Source: Candidatus Kapaibacterium sp.
Lineage (GTDB): Bacteria > Bacteroidota > Ignavibacteria > Kapaibacteriales > UBA2268
Length of the DNA: 64,000 nt
NCBI GenBank assembly: GCA_963665665.1
Contig: OY762428.1
Location: 3,552,001-3,616,000, forward strand
Direction of reading: 5' to 3'
Every line of letters begins with the position of its first letter. Within the stretch, counting starts at the first letter, position 1. The notes below the pieces were generated by a model, which saw nothing but the letters and a program-made list of their open reading frames with translations, was not told the origin of the DNA and made no database searches. The position numbers and the translations under genes were made by a program. Positions 58,253 through 64,000 of this stretch are shown in pieces.

Positions 58253-58663
58253 TTAGAAACTCCCGGCATTGTTCATGATCGCAGAAAACATTGTGGCAAA
58301 AAAGGCAATGTAAAAAATTATCATTAATACAATAATTACAAGATAAATGATTGCAATTATTTTAAACAGGTTCATAGATTTGGAAAGAGCCTCAACTGCT
58401 TTGAATAGCATGTGGTCGCTTCCCTGGGTGGCAAATCCCTTGAATCCTTCAGCAGATTCTCTCAATCTGATACCGCCGATTATAATCGGTATGCCGATGA
58501 CTGCTCCAATGATAGATAAGCAGGACAGCGCCCCGAAAATTATTAAGAAAATCCCTACAAGGCCCATATCTGAGCCTAAGCTTGTTGATTGAGCCCTGAT
58601 TGGCCCGAGGTTAATCCTGTTTGCAGCTTCTTCCTGATTCTGATTGGTAAGTTCCTGATCCAT
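58253..58663 (-). CDS. DUF5362-like membrane protein
   Basis: GIFLIIFGALSCLSIIGAVIGIP..G..L pattern; GGGA RBS. Confidence 0.7.
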   Translation of the reverse strand: MDQELTNQNQEEAANRINLGPIRAQSTSLGSDMGLVGIFLIIFGALSCLSIIGAVIGIPIIIGGIRLRESAEGFKGFATQGSDHMLFKAVEALSKSMNLFKIIAIIYLVIIVLMIIFYIAFFATMFSAIMNNAGSF

Positions 58664-58945
58664 TTCAATTCCCTTAATTTTAAAAACAGAGTATTTAATG
58701 TTTTGAATATTTATTATTATACGAAAAATTATTCAATTATTTATGAAATTATTTTCAATTATTTTTGCCTCGAAATTATCTTGCTATTATTCCGGTAAAT
58801 CAATATGAGTACAACAGTATGAGCTCAGTTTTATTACTATTTATTATGATAATTTTAAAGAAAATAAAATCCCTTCCCAAATATTTACTACCCGGGAAGG
58901 GACTTTCAATTTATCATGAAATCAGTAAAATATTACTGATCTGTT

Positions 58946-59800
58946 TTACTGCCCGATGAAAATCGGTTTTTTGGCTTCTTTTACAAGGTATTTCATCAGG
59001 CTACCTGCCATGAAATCAAGAATACCCTTGCTGGAATGAGCCCCGATAACAAATATATCCGGCCAGTCCATCATGTTGTCATCAACATATTTTATGATGT
59101 TTTTGCTGGTGTAAACTGTTTCTACATCTTTAAACCCATGGGCACGCAGGTATTTTTCCGCGTCGTTCAGGTAGTGGCTTGCCAGCTTATTGTAGTCATG
59201 GCTCATCAGTATCTTTACCCTGATATCAAGCGCATCAGGCCAGCCAACCTGTGCGAATCTCTGCAAGGCCCTGCAGGATGGTTTTTCGCCGTCGAAGCAG
59301 ATCAGTGCATTGAAAGGGCCGTTATCAGCAGAAGGTATTTTCAGGCTTTCCGGCACTGCAAGCAGCGGTGTAACAGCTTCATCGAGTATTTCGCTGAAGG
59401 AATCCCCGGGTTCGTCCTGGGATTCAAAATGGAAGAATGTTTTCGAACCGATTACAAGCAGGTCGTAAAATTTTGCTTCCTCAAGAATTTTATCGCTTGG
59501 GATACCCTGGCGTTCGTGCTCTTCGAATTTTATTCCTGCTTCCTTGCAGGAATTTCTGAATTTCTGCATCAAAATGTTGATCCTTTTATGTGCGGCCTCT
59601 ACCTTAGACTTTTCAAGTTCCCGGGCGTAGTGTGCTGCTCCGGCAGGTATAGAACCGATAGATTTTTCAATTCCGGGTATATCCAGAACAACAAGGCCGG
59701 TTACCTCGGCATGGTGGACTTTTGCCATCTCGATTGCTGTTGCCAGCGCTTTTTTCGAAAACGGAGACGGGTCAAGGGGTATTAATATTCTCTTTATCAT
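58946..59800 (-). CDS. Tandem universal stress protein
   Basis: KRILIPLDPS, G.PSDKI..YDLLVIG, ICFDG, IGAHS..GS...KPIFI; start re-called at ATG 59800. Confidence 0.9.
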   Translation of the reverse strand: MIKRILIPLDPSPFSKKALATAIEMAKVHHAEVTGLVVLDIPGIEKSIGSIPAGAAHYARELEKSKVEAAHKRINILMQKFRNSCKEAGIKFEEHERQGIPSDKILEEAKFYDLLVIGSKTFFHFESQDEPGDSFSEILDEAVTPLLAVPESLKIPSADNGPFNALICFDGEKPSCRALQRFAQVGWPDALDIRVKILMSHDYNKLASHYLNDAEKYLRAHGFKDVETVYTSKNIIKYVDDNMMDWPDIFVIGAHSSKGILDFMAGSLMKYLVKEAKKPIFIGQ

Positions 59801-59924
59801 CTTCTCTCCTGACAAATTATTATTACGTTTTATCTTTTCATAACGATACAAAATTTTTCTTTACAAAAATAATGAAAATTTAACGCAAGCGATACAAATA
59901 ATTCAATAAGTAAATTGCAATTTT

Positions 59925-60035
59925 GTATGCGTCCGGGTAATTTGCCGTCCTTATAGTTCATACCGGCACCCAAAACTCCTATCCAAAGGCTTGAAGCCGC
60001 TGGTTGGATACAGCTAAATCCAATTGCCCCATAGC
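59925..60035. ncRNA. Candidate structured RNA, family not recognised
   Basis: GC-richer island in an AT-rich spacer with stems gggt/gccg..cggc/accc and tatccaa..ttggata. Confidence 0.25.
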
Positions 60036-60333
60036 AATATAGCATTAAAAAAAATAATAAAAAATCTATTTTTTTTTTTTGAATTTCAGATAATTTTGTA
60101 TATTAAGTTATTCTGAGCGGTTAAATGGTAGTATGAAACGGTTGCAACAATAAAACGGAATATTTCCGGTTTATTGGGATTTTGATATTATTATTGTGCA
60201 ATATCAGGAGGCTTATGTAAGAAGAAAAAAGAAAATAAAAACCGACGGCCGGAAGCCGCCGGCTCATCGACGCGGAATAGCAGTTCCGCATGATAATTTG
60301 TTGTACATTTTAAATTTAATGAAAGTTTTTGAA

Positions 60334-61005
60334 ATGAAAAAATTTAGTTTGTTATTTATCGCATATGCATTTGTTGCTTTGTTTGGAATTAAAGGAATTT
60401 TGATTGCCGATGATGAACCACCTTGTTTGCCTGATTGTGATAATTCTCAATGGATACCTGCATGGCCTGGAAACCCTTTATGGGTTGATGTACAGTTGTG
60501 TGACAAAACTTTTCACGTTGCATACAGATCAAGATTTGCCTGCAATCTCTATTATGATTATTATATTGAAGTGGTTTGCGGAGATGAAAGTGGTGATGTT
60601 AGAAATTGCATAACTCAGGAATATGGCGATATCGGTACATTTCTTCAGGCTGCGATAGAACAACTTTTGATTATTAATCCAGCTAATTTTCCTCCTACCC
60701 AAGACGGTGATTGTGAACCGAATTGGCGAGTTATGAAGGGATCATGTTGGTACTTGGATTGGTTTGATGATGTGCCCAAACATGAAGAAACACAATCAAT
60801 ATCTTATGGATATCCTGAATGGATTACACCATGTACAACAAATGATTGTTGTCTTGAATTTTTTAAGGTATGTCAAAATAATGGAGTAAGAGAAATAACC
60901 CAGACAGGTTACTTACCACCTGAAGATCCGACTTGCGAAAATACATATCCTGGGACAAATCCTTTTGAATGTCAACCAGTTTGTGGTTCTGTTTATAATA
61001 GGTAA
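60334..61005 (+). CDS. Secreted cysteine-rich hypothetical protein
   Basis: Signal peptide from MKKFSLLF; 15 Cys in the mature region; TAATTTTG promoter motif at 60091-60098. Confidence 0.8.
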   Translation: MKKFSLLFIAYAFVALFGIKGILIADDEPPCLPDCDNSQWIPAWPGNPLWVDVQLCDKTFHVAYRSRFACNLYYDYYIEVVCGDESGDVRNCITQEYGDIGTFLQAAIEQLLIINPANFPPTQDGDCEPNWRVMKGSCWYLDWFDDVPKHEETQSISYGYPEWITPCTTNDCCLEFFKVCQNNGVREITQTGYLPPEDPTCENTYPGTNPFECQPVCGSVYNR

Positions 61006-61026
61006 TAATTTCAGAAAGGAAAAAAT

Positions 61027-61614
61027 ATGAGAAATATATTAATTGTGATATTGATATTATTTTATTCGGAAAGTGTTTTTTCTACAGATTTTTCATTTGT
61101 AGAAATCAACTATATGAATGGAATAAACAAAGTTTCAGAAGATCAAGGTGTTTCATGGAAAATCCAGAAAAATCGTTTTGATTACGTTATCCTGAAACGA
61201 TTAGGAAAACCTTCCAGAAAAACTTTTGATAATGGTATAAATTGGAAGAGAGTTTCACAAAGTACCAATGTAGTAAAATATACTACACTACATAATGAAA
61301 CTAAGTTGTCTTATGACAATGGTATAACATGGATTTTCGAAGAAAAAAATGAAATTGATCAAAAGTTGAAAATAACTCCGAATCCATCATTGTCAAATGG
61401 AATAGTTAAAATTGGATTTCTGAAAGGTAATAATGAAATTGTAGTTCAGATTTCAAGTTTAAAGGGTAGTATTTTATTTACAGAAATGTTTTATATAAAT
61501 AATTTTGATAATTCAATTAAGTTAACAATCCCTGAATTGAAATCAGGAAGTTATTTTATAATCTTGCTCGGGGATAAAACCAGCCAGAGAGGGATTCTAC
61601 AAGTAAATAACTAA
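61027..61614 (+). CDS. Small secreted protein with three Asp-box repeats and a T9SS-type C-terminal domain
   Basis: SEDQGVSW, TFDNGINW, SYDNGITW; ITPNPS...LKSGSYFIIL. Confidence 0.8.
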   Translation: MRNILIVILILFYSESVFSTDFSFVEINYMNGINKVSEDQGVSWKIQKNRFDYVILKRLGKPSRKTFDNGINWKRVSQSTNVVKYTTLHNETKLSYDNGITWIFEEKNEIDQKLKITPNPSLSNGIVKIGFLKGNNEIVVQISSLKGSILFTEMFYINNFDNSIKLTIPELKSGSYFIILLGDKTSQRGILQVNN

Positions 61615-61637
61615 TTCTTATTTGCTAAATTTATTAT

Positions 61638-61674
61638 AGGTTGTCGTATTTCAACTCTTAGGATACGACAACCT
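61638..61674 (+). terminator. Hairpin after the Asp-box protein gene
   Basis: aggttgtcgtat...atacgacaacct, a 12-bp stem. Confidence 0.6.
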
Positions 61675-61715
61675 CATATTAAGAATAATATTTGTAATAT
61701 AATTAAGGTTGCCTG

Positions 61716-63878
61716 ATGAAAAAGATTGTAATATTGCTTGCTTGCCTGTATTCTGTTGCTATTGTAAATGCTGAAGATTGGGAAAAAGTAAGTATCAAAC
61801 CGGGTTCTCAAACATTGAACGATATACTGGATGTGGACGGAGATATTGTTGTAAGCTTTGGTAATTTCGGGCTTATAAAAAGAAGTTCTGATTCGGGTTA
61901 TTCATGGGAGACAATCAGAGGTTCTTCGAAGAACAATAATTTGAATGCAGTAAGTTTGAGTGGTAGTGATTTATTTGCTGTCGGAGACAGGGGAGAAATG
62001 ATTAAATCAACAGATTATGGATTACGCTGGGAATATGTCGATATTTCAGTAGATAACGATCTTGCTGATATTGAATTCAAAGATAATATTGGCGTGGTAG
62101 TCGGCGACAATGGGTTGATACTTATTAGTTCTGATGGAGGTTTAAACTGGGAAATATCAGAAAGCCTTATTAACGATAATTTGAACGGAGTATGTTTAAG
62201 CGATAACAACTATTTGTTGGCTTATGGTGATAACGGAAGTTGTCTTCATTCATTTGATTCAGGAAAAAATTGGACATTGATCAACCTGGGAACGAGCAAC
62301 AAACTTACATGCCATACATCATCTGACAGCCTGATTATAATAGGAGGCGCTGGCCGGACATTAATTAAAAGTACTGATTATTTTAATTCGTTTGAATACG
62401 ATGAAAAAGATTTGCTTTTTGACTATTATAGTTCATTATTATACATTAAAAATGACATCCTGATAGCTGGCGGAACATTCAACGGCAGTAACGGGCAGGC
62501 ATGGTCTGATGACGGTGGAAAATCGTGGTACATTAGTAAATTCTTTGACGTACCATTTTTATCATATTCATTTTACTCAAATCACTTAGTAAGTTGTGGT
62601 TATTACGGTAGAATCTCAAACCTTGATATCACAGATGGTATAGAAAAGGATTTCTTTTTGCTCGGAGATATGGTTGAATCGGGAGATAAGCCTTATGAGT
62701 TTTGGGCTGTAAGAGGTTATGAAATGGAAAAAATTGTTGCCAACGAGGATAAAAATGTCTATTTGTCACTTGACAGCGGGATGACGTGGAAAAATATTAT
62801 TGAGCTTGATTTAAACAAAGTTGTCGATATTAAAATACCTTCTAGTGAAAAATTTATTGCCTTTATAGACAGTTCAAAATTTGTAACAGAAAATGGTAAA
62901 TCCTTTATGAAGCATTGGGCTGTAATAAAAATATCCGAAAACGACGGTAATACATGGAGAGATTATAAATCCGACAAAGAATTTTATATCATAAATGCCT
63001 CGACCCGGGATAATTATTTTGCAGTATTTGCTCCAAAAAACATTTTAATTAGCTCTGATGCCGGTAATAATTGGGATATAAAAGATATACCGGATAATAT
63101 TACGATTAAGTTCGGGATGGTTATTTCACCCGGAGTAATATATGCTATTGTATGGGATGGTACAAAGTATATTTTTGTTAGAACTGATAACGAATTTGCT
63201 GATTACCAGGTTATAAATAACAATATAGAAGCCGCAGTTAATTTTGATTTGGAATTTTTTGATGATTCAAATGGCTGGATTATGATTGGAAATGTTAATA
63301 ATACTGAAGCTAATAAAATATATAAAACAAATGACGGCGGAAAAACCTGGGTTGAGAATATGTCTCCACAACTACCACAGAGTGTTGGTTTGAATAATAT
63401 GGATTTTGTAAATCCTCAATATGGCTATTGCGCATGTAATTTTGGTTACGTCTATTTCACATCAGACAGCGGTACGACATGGATAGAACGGCCTGTTAAA
63501 AATGCAGGAGAAAAGCCGAAAGTAAATATCTATTATCCAAATATTAATTATGCTTTTTATGCCGATGGATATGGTATCTGGAGGTATCATGATGATATAA
63601 ACGTATCAGTACTTGATAATACTGATTTTTCCCTCAGAATGTTTATCTTCCCCAACCCCGCAGCAAATTCAATAACAATCCAGCCTGGAAATGATCTAAA
63701 CGACCTTGCTGAAATCAGCATTACCGATATGGAAGGGAATAGCGTTCTTAGCAAAACAGAATATATAATTACCGGGGATGAAATAAAACTTGATATTTCC
63801 ATGCTTCCCGCAGGCGCTTATGTTGTATCTGTCAGCAGCGGCGGCAATACCCTGAACAGTAAGTTTGTGAAGGAGTGA
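61716..63878 (+). CDS. YCF48/BNR (Asp-box) beta-propeller protein with a T9SS-type C-terminal domain
   Basis: Many S/TxDxGxxW repeats; VGDNG motifs; IFPNPA...LPAGAYVV...KFVKE. Confidence 0.88.
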   Translation: MKKIVILLACLYSVAIVNAEDWEKVSIKPGSQTLNDILDVDGDIVVSFGNFGLIKRSSDSGYSWETIRGSSKNNNLNAVSLSGSDLFAVGDRGEMIKSTDYGLRWEYVDISVDNDLADIEFKDNIGVVVGDNGLILISSDGGLNWEISESLINDNLNGVCLSDNNYLLAYGDNGSCLHSFDSGKNWTLINLGTSNKLTCHTSSDSLIIIGGAGRTLIKSTDYFNSFEYDEKDLLFDYYSSLLYIKNDILIAGGTFNGSNGQAWSDDGGKSWYISKFFDVPFLSYSFYSNHLVSCGYYGRISNLDITDGIEKDFFLLGDMVESGDKPYEFWAVRGYEMEKIVANEDKNVYLSLDSGMTWKNIIELDLNKVVDIKIPSSEKFIAFIDSSKFVTENGKSFMKHWAVIKISENDGNTWRDYKSDKEFYIINASTRDNYFAVFAPKNILISSDAGNNWDIKDIPDNITIKFGMVISPGVIYAIVWDGTKYIFVRTDNEFADYQVINNNIEAAVNFDLEFFDDSNGWIMIGNVNNTEANKIYKTNDGGKTWVENMSPQLPQSVGLNNMDFVNPQYGYCACNFGYVYFTSDSGTTWIERPVKNAGEKPKVNIYYPNINYAFYADGYGIWRYHDDINVSVLDNTDFSLRMFIFPNPAANSITIQPGNDLNDLAEISITDMEGNSVLSKTEYIITGDEIKLDISMLPAGAYVVSVSSGGNTLNSKFVKE

Positions 63879-63892
63879 GATAGCTAACAGAA

Positions 63893-63918
63893 TAACGGGG
63901 GAGTATCACTCCCCTGTT
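63893..63918 (+). terminator. Intrinsic terminator
   Basis: acgggggagt-atc-actcccctgt followed by tt. Confidence 0.65.
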
Positions 63919-63942
63919 TAAAATCAAAAAAAGGAGAAACAA

Positions 63943-64000
63943 ATGAAATTAGTATTTCTATTCCTGATTTTATCATGGAATTATTTATCCGGCGGTATAT
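63943..64000 (+). CDS. Partial CDS (signal peptide), runs off the window
   Basis: AAGGAG RBS, then MKLVFLFLILSWNYLSGGI... Confidence 0.6.
   Translation, partial: MKLVFLFLILSWNYLSGGI

Noticed and set aside
59975-60035. tRNA-Sec (cttcaa) or tmRNA 5' end (ggggc) on the minus strand
   Set aside because: No cloverleaf, no TTCGA T-arm, no acceptor stem, and too short for tmRNA
60196-60333. GTG-initiated N-terminal extension of the Cys-rich protein
   Set aside because: A typical signal peptide begins at Met 60334; the upstream part reads like UTR
1-64000. CRISPR array, prophage or autonomous transposase
   Set aside because: No regularly spaced direct repeats, cas, integrase, phage structural or transposase genes were recognised; the repeats found are dispersed hairpin elements

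Overview
AT-rich bacterial chromosomal window. The lineage looks like the Bacteroidota/Ignavibacteria/Kapabacteria (FCB) group; this is inferred from several T9SS-type C-terminal domains, TAnnTTTG promoter motifs and flagellar genes. In order it contains: an Fe-dependent alcohol dehydrogenase; a PKD lipoprotein with a cryptic papain-like triad; and a minus-strand poly-gamma-glutamate (PGA) locus (C25 gingipain-like protein, pgsB, pgsC, pgsW, a basic two-domain secreted protein, an outer-membrane beta-barrel and an LVIVD lipoprotein). Next come an APC permease, menH-menB, an AbiEi/AbiEii toxin-antitoxin pair, PqqD-like protein plus pepD, yjbQ, and a cNMP-domain/aspartase fusion divergent from an APC-EIIA-RCK_C transporter. 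These are followed by a DsrMK-like redox pair with a Cys-PAS kinase and two receivers, a FkbM methyltransferase, tRNA-Thr(TGT), an MBOAT pair, a sigma54-type promoter ahead of an unannotated 50-aa ORF and NlpC/P60, T9SS/OmpA surface proteins, radC, a degenerate HEPN protein and uvrB. The last part holds a sigma54-type flagellar operon (flgFGAHIJN, four-helix protein, flgKL, motA), a USP and Cys-rich/Asp-box secreted proteins. Two dispersed repeat families are present: a ~127-bp MITE-like element and a GC-rich REP-like element. The best candidate for an undescribed system is the diderm-type PGA locus, which has putative outer-membrane export parts and a His-to-Glu variant C25 enzyme. All product calls come from motif recognition by eye; no database search was run.
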